From a candidate division FCPU426 bacterium (GTDB lineage: Bacteria; Oederibacteriota; Muellerivitia; Muellerivitales; Muellerivitaceae): DNA of 64,000 nucleotides. Both the position numbers and the translations under genes were made by a program. Below the pieces are notes generated by a model. The model saw only the letters and a list, made by a program, of their open reading frames with translations, had not been told where the DNA came from and did no database searches. The stretch's first letter is position 1. The number at the start of each line of letters is the position of its first letter. Positions 51,558-60,611 of the stretch are shown piece by piece. Location of the stretch: the NCBI GenBank assembly GCA_963830915.1, contig CAWHOE010000010.1, positions 1-64,000 of the forward strand, written 5' to 3'.

Positions 51558-52022
51558 ATGCAAGCGGACTATCTGGGCCCCATCAGTGATCATCCTGAAA
51601 TCATTATCCCTTTCCTTGCTCCCCCTGTGCCGGCGGGGGCGCCAGGGCCCCCGGAGCACTACCGTGAAAAACGGATCGATCTCAACCGGCTTTTTCTGGA
51701 ACACCCCAATGATACCTATGTATGGACAGCCAGCGGTGCCTCGATGGAACCGGCCATCCACAACGGGGACTATCTCATCATCGACCGATTCCTCACCCCC
51801 CTTCCGGGCGACGTGATCATCGCCCTGGTGGAAGGTCGGCCCACGGTGAAAAGGGTCATGGGGGAAAGCGGAGCGTTCTTCCTGCTCCCCGAAAACCCCG
51901 CCTATCGACCCATTCCCATCGATCCCGAGGACGGCATCGGGTGCTGGGGCGTGGTAATCTATTCCATCCATCCTTTGCGAGGTTCCCATGAGGTCCATCG
52001 TCGGCTTGGTCGACTGCAATAA
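51558..52022 (+). CDS. umuD: DNA polymerase V autoproteolytic subunit
   Basis: VPAG cleavage site, IDLN, SGASM (Ser), PTVKR (Lys), WGVV. Confidence 0.9.
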   Translation: MQADYLGPISDHPEIIIPFLAPPVPAGAPGPPEHYREKRIDLNRLFLEHPNDTYVWTASGASMEPAIHNGDYLIIDRFLTPLPGDVIIALVEGRPTVKRVMGESGAFFLLPENPAYRPIPIDPEDGIGCWGVVIYSIHPLRGSHEVHRRLGRLQ

Positions 52023-53259
52023 TTTTTACGTGAGCTGCGAGAGGATATTCAACCCGAAGATAAGGGGAAAACCCGTCGTGGTGCTTTCCAACAACGACGG
52101 GCTGGTCATCGCCAGGTCCAACGAGGCCAAGGCCCTGGGCATCGGCATGGGGGACCCTGCAGTGAGGGTGCGGAACCTGGTGAAAGAACACCATGTCTTT
52201 GTTTTTTCCTCCAATTACGCCCTCTACTTCGACCTCTGCGACCGGGTCAGGAGCGTTCTGGCCGATTACACGCCCAAATTGGAGAAATATTCCATCGACG
52301 AGGCTTTCCTGGATCTGTCCCGGGCTGATGAAAAGGGATTGCCCGAACTGGGGCGAAGCCTGAAGAAGGCGGTGGAAAAAAGGACCGGCATTCCCGTATC
52401 CGTCGGCATCGCTGAGACCAAAAGTCTGGCGAAGGTGGCCAACAAGATCGCCAAGAAGTCCCTGAAAGCGGGAGGGGTGCTGAGCCTGGTCGGGTCTCCC
52501 TACCGGGACGGGGCATTGGACATGACGGACGTGGGTGATCTGTGGGGCATCGGTCCGGCCTATGAGGCCCTGTTGAAACAGAATGGGGTGGCGACCGCAC
52601 TAGCCTTCCGTGATCTTCCGGAACATTGGGTGAGGAAAAAGCTGACCGTGGTGGGCGCTCGGATACAGGCAGAGTTGAAAGGCATCCCCTGCATCCCTCT
52701 GGAATCCATTCCCCCCGGGAAGCGGCAGATCGGCACGGCCCAGGGTTTTGGACGGCTACTTTACCGCCTGGATGAATTAAAGGACGCGGCGGCGCTTTAC
52801 GCGACCCGGGAGGGGGTGAAGCTGAGGGCCGAGAAGATGTCCGCCAAAACGCTGTTCGTGTGGATACAGACCGACCCCTTCGGCAAGGGGCCCCAGCACG
52901 AGGACGCTAGGGATATCCTGCTTCCGGTAGCCTCGAATAACACCCCGCTTCTTATTAAGCACGTCACGGCCGCTGTGGAGGATATGTACAAGAATGGTTT
53001 CGGTTACAAGCGCATTGGGGTCTGGGCCAACGAACTGGAGCCGGAGGATAGCGTACAGACCGATCTTTTCGCCAGGCCGGAGGACAGCCGGATGCCTCTT
53101 TTGATGAGGCTAATGGACCGGATGAACGACACCCAGGGGGCAGGGACCATCCGTGTGGTGTCGGTGGGCATCCACCAGGATTGGCTCACCCGCTTCGCCA
53201 TGCAATCACCGCATTGGACAACCCGGAGGAAGGACCTGCCAGTGGCGATCATCCCGTGA
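51988..53259 (+). CDS. umuC: Y-family DNA polymerase V catalytic subunit
   Basis: VDCNNFYVSCER, VVLSNNDG, SSNYALY, YSIDEAF, SPHWTT. Confidence 0.93.
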   Translation: MRSIVGLVDCNNFYVSCERIFNPKIRGKPVVVLSNNDGLVIARSNEAKALGIGMGDPAVRVRNLVKEHHVFVFSSNYALYFDLCDRVRSVLADYTPKLEKYSIDEAFLDLSRADEKGLPELGRSLKKAVEKRTGIPVSVGIAETKSLAKVANKIAKKSLKAGGVLSLVGSPYRDGALDMTDVGDLWGIGPAYEALLKQNGVATALAFRDLPEHWVRKKLTVVGARIQAELKGIPCIPLESIPPGKRQIGTAQGFGRLLYRLDELKDAAALYATREGVKLRAEKMSAKTLFVWIQTDPFGKGPQHEDARDILLPVASNNTPLLIKHVTAAVEDMYKNGFGYKRIGVWANELEPEDSVQTDLFARPEDSRMPLLMRLMDRMNDTQGAGTIRVVSVGIHQDWLTRFAMQSPHWTTRRKDLPVAIIP

Positions 53260-53284
53260 AAGGAATGACTTTTTTCAAAAAGAT

Positions 53285-53854
53285 TTACTGCGCGAGGTGG
53301 ATGAAACGGTTCCACAAATAAACCAAAAACCAGCCAGCCGGAAATAACATCAATGAGGTACCCGCCCAGTGGACACACTCAGCCATTCCCACGCAATGAT
53401 CGGTCAAACCCATCATCCCAAGCATATTGCCCCAATCATGTCCTCCGCTTTCGCGGCCGGACATGCCCGTGATAAGAATAAGGGCTTGGACCTTGGCGTC
53501 GGCCATGTACCAACTCACTTCATCCAGGTTCTCTCCGAGCCAAAAAATGGAGAAAAAGATACCGGCCTTGTTTTTTTGATGATAAAAATTCAGCAGGCAA
53601 ATGACTGGAAAGGTCAATTGCATGAGGGTACCCCCGGCAATGGTGATGAAACGAACGCCTAAGATACCGTAGATCCAATGTCCTGCCTCGTGGAACACCA
53701 AATTCAAGGATGAAAGGATAATGAGAACTGAATTTTCCAAGTTGTAGAACCATTCGGCCATTGGCATGTTGTTTTGAAAAGGAAGGGTTAGAAACAAACT
53801 GACGATGGCGGAGAAAACACCAGCGATGATATATTTGCTAGTCTCGATTTTCAT
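53285..53854 (-). CDS. Membrane protein with HExxH motif (M50B-like)
   Basis: FHEAGH, AGGTLMQ, YMADA, HDW. Confidence 0.7.
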   Translation of the reverse strand: MKIETSKYIIAGVFSAIVSLFLTLPFQNNMPMAEWFYNLENSVLIILSSLNLVFHEAGHWIYGILGVRFITIAGGTLMQLTFPVICLLNFYHQKNKAGIFFSIFWLGENLDEVSWYMADAKVQALILITGMSGRESGGHDWGNMLGMMGLTDHCVGMAECVHWAGTSLMLFPAGWFLVYLWNRFIHLAQ

Positions 53855-53914
53855 GAGCCCTCTATTTTAATTTCCGGTGGGTAGGGATGGATATGGATCA
53901 TTAACCACGGAACT

Positions 53915-54643
53915 TCAAAAAAACCTTCCTTTCATCAGCGCTTGCCCGAAAACGAAATAGCACCCTGAATCGATCAGGGAAAAGAGTCCGAACCCGGCCA
54001 AGGCCCAGGTGGTGAGATGTACATTGAGCAATTCCGCTTTTTGATGTAGCCGGTCGTGAACATCATCGATGCCACGCCGGACAATCAGGTAAATCAGTAA
54101 TAAAAGCATCATTGGCAAGGCGTAGCCAAGGTTGTAAAGAAGAATGTACCAGATCACCGAAGACAGTGGCGATCCTAGGGACGCGTATTTGCTCAGGGCG
54201 AATAGGTAGGGGATGGAAACAGGGAAGGATGTGATCGAAATGAAAGCGCCAATACTGAAGGTGAAACCACTATTCATGTTCCTTAATTTTTGAAAAAGTA
54301 TGTTTTCCCTAGGGTTTTGGGATTTCCGTTTTTTCCATCGGAAATACCACAAGCCGATGGCGACCATGACCAAACCGGTCAGGAATTCCGACTTGTAATA
54401 GAGGGAATTGGGGATATTCGCGCTGGATGGAAAGAACCTGCTAAGAAAGGAGCGAAGCTCATCCAAAACAAGGTAACCGCCGAAACCGCAGGCAAAATAG
54501 GCTCCGCTCAGTCCCGCCAGATAACTCAGGGAGTTGCGGAGGGGTTGAGCTGTCGTCAACAGGAGGAGAAAGACTACGATCTGTGATGTCGTCGACAAGC
54601 TATCGAACAAGGACATGGAGAAAGTGTAAAAAAATATATTCAT
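53915..54643 (-). CDS. GAP/Sap-like (LysE superfamily) membrane protein
   Basis: About six TM segments; DSLS, IPY and YNL.Y.LP patterns. Confidence 0.6.
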   Translation of the reverse strand: MNIFFYTFSMSLFDSLSTTSQIVVFLLLLTTAQPLRNSLSYLAGLSGAYFACGFGGYLVLDELRSFLSRFFPSSANIPNSLYYKSEFLTGLVMVAIGLWYFRWKKRKSQNPRENILFQKLRNMNSGFTFSIGAFISITSFPVSIPYLFALSKYASLGSPLSSVIWYILLYNLGYALPMMLLLLIYLIVRRGIDDVHDRLHQKAELLNVHLTTWALAGFGLFSLIDSGCYFVFGQALMKGRFF

Positions 54644-54901
54644 TCAAACCACCGGATTTTGGGTTGCCCCATTCTAGCCGTTAACTTTAGTTTGGCGGAA
54701 TCCTCTTTTGGAGGCCTGTTTATCTATTGTTTTGTCGCCGTGAGTGGAAGTGGGAGGAAAAAGGTTTGCCTGAATTTCATTTGCCAGCCCTTGAGTTATG
54801 GCGGGATAATATAATGAGTCTACTGGAAAAAGGGAGTGGCCAAATAGGCCCGATTTATCGAGCCCGCTTTTCCCGACTGTGATGAAATTGAAGGAGAGTT
54901 C

Positions 54902-55075
54902 ATGGAACAAATACCTCGGGACCATGAAAAACCCACTTTGGAAGCCTTTTGGAACGAGATCAGCCAACGGGCGAAAGAGATCTACGAAAAGAGGGTTAAG
55001 GCCAACAAGCCTGGGGATGAATTGTCCGATTGGTATCAAGCGGAAAAAGAAGTGAGAAAAAGGCATGAATCGTGA
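54902..55075 (+). CDS. DUF2934-like small protein (57 aa, absent from the ORF track)
   Basis: AAGGAG RBS; MEQIPRDHEKPTLEAFWNEISQRAKEIYEKRVKANKPGDELSDWYQAEKEVRKRHES matches the I..RA.EIY..R...G.D..DW..AE pattern. Confidence 0.8.
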   Translation: MEQIPRDHEKPTLEAFWNEISQRAKEIYEKRVKANKPGDELSDWYQAEKEVRKRHES

Positions 55076-55150
55076 TCGAAAATTAAAAGTGGCCAGGATG
55101 GAATGGGGAGATTTATCAGGATTCAAACATGGTAAAAAATTGTTTTTGGC

Positions 55151-55621
55151 TCATTGATTCAAACGGGCGTAAGAGAAACTCAAATAACCGGCGAATGTTA
55201 CCCAGCCCAGATAGGGGATCAGGAGCCAAGCGGCAGTTTGATCAAGGGCCGCGAAGTTAACGATGGTCACCGCGATTAATAACCACATCAATGCCAATTC
55301 CTCAAAAGCCCACCATAATCGTTTGATGCCGAAAAAGAAGAAAGACCAGGCGGAATTGACCAAAAGTTGAGAAACGAAAAGCCCGATGGCCAATTCCTTT
55401 CCAGACGTTTCGGCGGGTAATTGCCATATCAGGGTGAAGGCAAATGCCATCAAGGTATAGAGAATGGTCCAAACCGGACCAAAGATCCAACTGGGTGGGT
55501 TGAGGGGCGGTTTGACCAGGGTCTTGTACCAGGTCTTGACCGAGCGGGCCGTGAAGATAGCCCCGATGGCTCCGGCCCCTTGGCAAATGATGAAGGCTAT
55601 GATTAATTTCAACCAATCCAT
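55151..55621 (-). CDS. tspO: TspO/MBR tryptophan-rich sensory protein
   Basis: WYKTLVKPPLNPPSWIFGPVWTILY, NSAWSFFFFG, PYLGWVTFA. Confidence 0.93.
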   Translation of the reverse strand: MDWLKLIIAFIICQGAGAIGAIFTARSVKTWYKTLVKPPLNPPSWIFGPVWTILYTLMAFAFTLIWQLPAETSGKELAIGLFVSQLLVNSAWSFFFFGIKRLWWAFEELALMWLLIAVTIVNFAALDQTAAWLLIPYLGWVTFAGYLSFSYARLNQ

Positions 55622-55705
55622 GACGCAACCATTCTTGAAAAATGAAACTCAATTAGGAAAAAAGAAAACCCGTTTTCTACTCGCCGATAAAAGATGGTTA
55701 AGAGT

Positions 55706-56029
55706 TTAATTTGTGTGCGGTTTTCTACGTTCCACGACTGGTGGTTGGTGTTCTTTCCGGCGGTCCTTTGAATAAAGAACGAAGTTCCCATTGATCTTCT
55801 TATAGATGTATTTTCCTTCGGCGTCCCAAAAAAGGTTCTGGGCGATGGGTTTCAGGTGGACAGGAATGGCTTCCAGACGCGCCCGTCTGTCCTGGGAAAC
55901 GGGCCGATGGGACCTGCGGCGGTCATGAAGAACGAACACGAAACCGCTCCCCTGTTTCTTGAGTATCTGTTTTTTGACGGGATCGAAGAAATAATTACCG
56001 GTCAGTTTAAGATAGTTTTTCTCGGACAA
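55706..56029 (-). CDS. Hypothetical basic protein with an internal duplication ending in DRR...[DE]RR
   Basis: TTG start after GGAGGG; two ~50-aa repeats. Confidence 0.6.
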   Translation of the reverse strand: MSEKNYLKLTGNYFFDPVKKQILKKQGSGFVFVLHDRRRSHRPVSQDRRARLEAIPVHLKPIAQNLFWDAEGKYIYKKINGNFVLYSKDRRKEHQPPVVERRKPHTN

Positions 56030-56245
56030 GGTTCCCTCCTGAAATCTCCCGACTATTGAAACTCTTAATGATCTTGCGGTCAATGTCCAAGGGAAGAAAA
56101 AGACTAAAAAATTATTTTTAATTAGAGGTAAGACCTTGAAGAATAAGAAAAGAGGCCCGACTCGCTGTAATTGCCACTTCATTCATGCTTTCATCCGTAC
56201 CTTCCTATATAATTTTTGACCAATAAGCGAAAGGGAGGGAATGCC

Positions 56246-56920
56246 ATGAGAACCATGCTTCGTTGGGGGAGCGTCTTACTAGTTTGTCTCGGGGTGGCCT
56301 GTTGTTATAAAGGATTTCAATTTCCCGACAAGGCTGGGACCGTTTTCATTCGCCAGCCCATTGATAATATGGAAAACTTCAAATCCGCATTCGAGGCGCA
56401 AAAATCCCATCTTAAAACAGCGGGTTTTTCCGCCTATAGCCTCCATCGAGACATGACCAATCCCAGGGTTCTTATCATAACGCTAAAATGTTTAAGTCTT
56501 CGTAAAGGATTGAATTTAATTGAGTCGCCTGAATATATGTCGGCTCTGGAGAAGGGCGGCGCGGGGATCCCGGTGGTTTGGCCAGGGGTCGATGTGCGTG
56601 ATAGGAAATACATAAACCAACCCCCGCCGCCCGGAGGAATCGTCATCGCCAGAAACACGGTCCGCTCCTTTGACTTCTGGATGACTTGCTTTGCGGCTGA
56701 GACCCATCATCACGCGGGCCGTGGTTATATCCCGGGCAATCTTAGCGTCCATCGACAGTTCGGTGGTCAGGACGCGGTCATTGTCGCCCATGAGGCATCA
56801 GATGTTACTAAAGCTCCAGCTTTCATGGATGGCGAGGAAATGAAAGGTACTATGGAGGCGACTGGGGTAGTGGGTGTGGAGATATGGTATGGAATCAACC
56901 TGGAAGAAGGAAACCTTTGA
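56246..56920 (+). CDS. Exported protein with two dimeric alpha-beta barrel (ABM/cyclase-like) repeats
   Basis: GGGAGG RBS; signal/lipoprotein-like N-terminus; two related modules (F..F...H....G....S.HR...; M...G). Confidence 0.6.
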   Translation: MRTMLRWGSVLLVCLGVACCYKGFQFPDKAGTVFIRQPIDNMENFKSAFEAQKSHLKTAGFSAYSLHRDMTNPRVLIITLKCLSLRKGLNLIESPEYMSALEKGGAGIPVVWPGVDVRDRKYINQPPPPGGIVIARNTVRSFDFWMTCFAAETHHHAGRGYIPGNLSVHRQFGGQDAVIVAHEASDVTKAPAFMDGEEMKGTMEATGVVGVEIWYGINLEEGNL

Positions 56921-56986
56921 TAAAAATATTTTCAGGAATGAATTGTTGAGGACTCGTCCTGTCGTTCGACAGGGAGTGGACACCCT

Positions 56987-58867
56987 TTAATACTCATCGA
57001 AATGTTCCCTGGCGCGGCTTCTTAATTCCCCCAAGAAGTGCGGGTTTGTTTTTCCGATTAGGTCATCCAATTCTTCAGGGTCTTTTTGGATGTCATTCAA
57101 CCTTCCGGGGTCGTCCACGGAGGTGTCTACCAATCGTGTGAATTTCAGGATGCTGTCGGCCATATAGTAAACTACAGCGCCTTCCTGACTGGTTCTTCTG
57201 ACAGCGCTTAAATGACAACTCCATGGATTGATCCTGGGTCTTAATAAAGATTGACCCTGCCAAACGCTTGGGAAATCAACACCGGCAAGGTCCGTTATGG
57301 TTGGAGCGATATCGATCTGGGTTCCGAAACGCGTTTCGGGAAAGGACGGAAGGGGATGGGAGCCGAAAAAGATCATGGGTATATGGATCGCTCCAAGGGC
57401 TGCGTAACAACCATGCCCATATTCCCCCTTCTCTCCCAGAAGTTGACCATGGTCTCCGGTAAAAACTGCCACATAGTCCTCCAAGTAGCCTTTCTGTTTG
57501 AGCATCAATAACAACTTCCTCATCACTGAGTCCATCTGCAAGATACGGTCATCGTAACCGTTGATCGTGGCTTGGATATCCGTCTGATCTCGACTGCCAG
57601 TAAAAACCAGGTTCAGGATGTTACGGTAGGGTTTGTATTGCTGGTAAGGTTCCAGCAATTCACTGAGCTGATGAACGGATATCAAATGGATGTAAAAGAA
57701 GTGATACCCTCCGTCGTCCTTCTCGAGATTGGCTACTTCGTCGACCACTAGTTCATCGTCGCAGCTGCCTCTTGGCCCGGGGTGCTCGGATCCGTCAAAG
57801 AAAAGATCAATCTTTTTTCCGAAAGATTTATGGTCCAGCTGCCAACCGTGTCCTCCAGCGAGAATGAGACGCGTTTTAAAGCCATGATCCGAAAGGTAAT
57901 CGGGAAGAGTGTAATCAAATTGGCACATATTGGTGGGTTCTTTGGAGGTCAACAAACATTGGAGCCCGGTGATGGTTTCTAGGCCATTGGACAAACCCAG
58001 GTCCACCTTGACGGCGTTATTTTTGACGAAAAAATCCGAAAGAAAAGGGGTCAAAGGACGGGCATAACCATAAATGGGTAGATGGTCAGCCCGCATTGCA
58101 TCTACTACGAAAAGAAATATATTGTGGACCTTGGGGAATTGGCGTTTAACCTTCCTTTCTTCGAGACGATCCTTTCGGACCCAGTCGAGCCTTTTTCGGG
58201 TCATGGGGAAAAGGGAACTTTTAGCCTTGAAGAAGGTGACGACTGGATCATGGCTAAAGTTACCGCTTTTGTCGATGGAAGGATCGGCGGTTACTACGAT
58301 GACCACGATGGCCAACCATGTCATGACACAGAAACCTGCTATGAGCCTTCGCCGGTTGGTGTTAAGTTCCTCAAATGCTTCTTTTAAGGCCCAGTACCAA
58401 ATGAGCATGTCGCGGACCCTGCCTTCGAAAATAAGGATCAAGGCGACTAGTGGCAGAATCAGCAGGGCAATGAAGAGGGCCCTGGGGATATCGAAGTTAT
58501 CCGCCACATCGAAGAGGTGAGGGATGAAGCCTAAGACTTGGATATAGTTGAGAGTGTCATCCCAAGAGAAATAACCAACTAAAGCGCAGATGTAAATGAG
58601 GTAAAGAATAAAAATGGAAAAAGAAGGGACCAGGACCGCGGGGATAAAAAGCGCCTTGATCCTCCACCTAAGCAATTGGTCCCGGATCAGGATCATGATG
58701 ATGAAAGTGTTGATGAGCCAAAGAATCAACACTATAAAATGTTGCCAGACTAAAGAGAATTCGTTGCAGAATCTGGGAAAGACAACGGAAAGATATGAAA
58801 TTGACATCAAAACCGGGATCAGGATGATGGGCCAGAGTGTATGTTTTTTTGGGAATGGGGTGGTCAT
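56987..58867 (-). CDS. Membrane-anchored sulfatase/alkaline-phosphatase superfamily protein (LtaS/EptA-like)
   Basis: About five N-terminal TMs; VVDAMRADHL, GY.RPLTP, FTGDHG, QIDIAPTI, WQGQSLL. Confidence 0.85.
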   Translation of the reverse strand: MTTPFPKKHTLWPIILIPVLMSISYLSVVFPRFCNEFSLVWQHFIVLILWLINTFIIMILIRDQLLRWRIKALFIPAVLVPSFSIFILYLIYICALVGYFSWDDTLNYIQVLGFIPHLFDVADNFDIPRALFIALLILPLVALILIFEGRVRDMLIWYWALKEAFEELNTNRRRLIAGFCVMTWLAIVVIVVTADPSIDKSGNFSHDPVVTFFKAKSSLFPMTRKRLDWVRKDRLEERKVKRQFPKVHNIFLFVVDAMRADHLPIYGYARPLTPFLSDFFVKNNAVKVDLGLSNGLETITGLQCLLTSKEPTNMCQFDYTLPDYLSDHGFKTRLILAGGHGWQLDHKSFGKKIDLFFDGSEHPGPRGSCDDELVVDEVANLEKDDGGYHFFYIHLISVHQLSELLEPYQQYKPYRNILNLVFTGSRDQTDIQATINGYDDRILQMDSVMRKLLLMLKQKGYLEDYVAVFTGDHGQLLGEKGEYGHGCYAALGAIHIPMIFFGSHPLPSFPETRFGTQIDIAPTITDLAGVDFPSVWQGQSLLRPRINPWSCHLSAVRRTSQEGAVVYYMADSILKFTRLVDTSVDDPGRLNDIQKDPEELDDLIGKTNPHFLGELRSRAREHFDEY

Positions 58868-58973
58868 GTTTTCCCTTAACTTGGATTGGTCAGGCTTCAT
58901 TATATAAAGGAGTTGGGATGGAACGGTGGAATTTGAGCGGTTGACTTGAAAGGATTCGGTTAAGGCAAGCAAT

Positions 58974-59005
58974 AAAAAAGCCGACCTTGCGAGGGTGGCT
59001 TTTTT
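58974..59005 (-). terminator. Intrinsic terminator after trpB2 (bidirectional form)
   Basis: AAAAAAGCCGACC/GGTGGCTTTTTT. Confidence 0.75.
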
Positions 59006-59034
59006 ACGTCTGGCGACTAATCAGCGTAAATCTA

Positions 59035-60327
59035 TTATCCGTTCATGAATTCGTCATAAGCGGTGAGGTCCAACATGCCGTGGCCGGAAAGATTGAAAAG
59101 GATGATTCTTTTCTTTCCTTCCTTTTTCGCCTCTTTGGCTTCCGATACCGCCTGGGCGATGGCATGAGAGGACTCGGGGGCCGGAATGAGACCCTCAGAA
59201 CGTGAAAAGGACAAAGCGGCATCGAATACCTCTTCTTGAGGAACTGATTTTGCCTCAATGAGTTTTTGGTCCAGTAAGTGACTGACCGTTGGTGCCATCC
59301 CGTGATATCGCAACCCGCCGGCGTGAATGGAAGGCGGCATGAAATCCGCGCCCAGGGTGTACATTTTCATCAGAGGAGTGGTCTGGTTGGTATCCCCAAA
59401 ATCATAACGATACTCACCCTTGGTCATGGAGGGGCAGGAAGAAGGTTCCACGGCCACGATGCGAGTTTTTTTGCCTTTTTTGAGGTTCTGTTCCACGAAG
59501 GGAAATGCGATGCCGGCGAAGTTTGAGCCGCCTCCAGCACAGCCAATGACCACGTCTGGATACTCGCCGGCCAATTCCATCTGTTTCAGCGATTCTTGGC
59601 CGATGACCGTTTGATGCATGCAAACGTGGTTCAGTACCGATCCAAGCGCGTATTTAGTGTTGGGAGTCTTGGTGATGTCCTCAATAGCCTCGGAAATGGC
59701 GATACCCAGGCTTCCCGGGCAATCCGGGTCCTGGTGAAGTACCTTGCGGCCATACTCGGTCTCGTGACTAGGTGACGGGAATACTTTGGCTCCCCAAGTC
59801 TGCATCATGAGTTTGCGGTAGGGTTTCTGGTGGAAGCTAACCCTAACCATAAATACGCGACATTCTATGCCGAAAAGTTTACAAGCCATGGCCAAAGATG
59901 AGCCCCATTGGCCCGCTCCGGTTTCGGTGGAAATCCGTTTGGTCCCGGCCTGCTTGTTGTAATAAGCCTGGGGAACGGCGGTATTGGGTTTATGAGAACC
60001 GGCGGGGGAGACGCCCTCGTATTTGTAATAGATATGGGCGGGCGTGTCGAGGAGCTTTTCAAATCGGGTCGCCCGCAATAAGGGAGTTGGGCGCCAGAGG
60101 GAATAGATATCCCTAACTTCTGCCGGGATTTCGATGCGATTCTCTGGACTCATTTCCTGCATGACTAAGTTTTCGGGGAAGATTGCGGTCATCAGGTCAG
60201 GGGTCACGGGTTGCTTGGTACCTGGATGGAGCGGCGGAGGCATCGGAACAGGGAAATCAGGAAGGATGTTGTACCAATGGGTGGGAATGTCCTTTTGGGT
60301 CAGGTCGAAACGAGTGTTGTTGCTCAT
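59035..60327 (-). CDS. trpB2: TrpB2-type tryptophan synthase beta-like PLP enzyme
   Basis: [58 protein letters not shown]; no trpA adjacent. Confidence 0.95.
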   Translation of the reverse strand: MSNNTRFDLTQKDIPTHWYNILPDFPVPMPPPLHPGTKQPVTPDLMTAIFPENLVMQEMSPENRIEIPAEVRDIYSLWRPTPLLRATRFEKLLDTPAHIYYKYEGVSPAGSHKPNTAVPQAYYNKQAGTKRISTETGAGQWGSSLAMACKLFGIECRVFMVRVSFHQKPYRKLMMQTWGAKVFPSPSHETEYGRKVLHQDPDCPGSLGIAISEAIEDITKTPNTKYALGSVLNHVCMHQTVIGQESLKQMELAGEYPDVVIGCAGGGSNFAGIAFPFVEQNLKKGKKTRIVAVEPSSCPSMTKGEYRYDFGDTNQTTPLMKMYTLGADFMPPSIHAGGLRYHGMAPTVSHLLDQKLIEAKSVPQEEVFDAALSFSRSEGLIPAPESSHAIAQAVSEAKEAKKEGKKRIILFNLSGHGMLDLTAYDEFMNG

Positions 60328-60611
60328 GGTTTATCCTTTTTATCTGGGATGATTGATCGGTCAAACGAGACCAAATTATAAAAGGATTCGAGGCTACTCA
60401 GCACCGCTTTTTGTATGTTTTTTTGGGGTTGAAGGGGTGAAAAGAATGCAAGATTGGATTGATTCGCCAATAAAAGACAAGGTTTAAGCTTTCATCTTTA
60501 ACAAGTTTGTTATTGGATTCCGCCGACGTCCCTGTTGGTTGTTGTGGTAATATTTCAACAGAGAACCGTCTATATAAAAGATATACATACGAAAATCCTA
60601 AGGAAAATCCA

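Noticed and set aside
51320..53300. umuDC as the marker of a prophage or ICE
   Set aside because: No integrase, att-like repeats, or phage or conjugation genes nearby.
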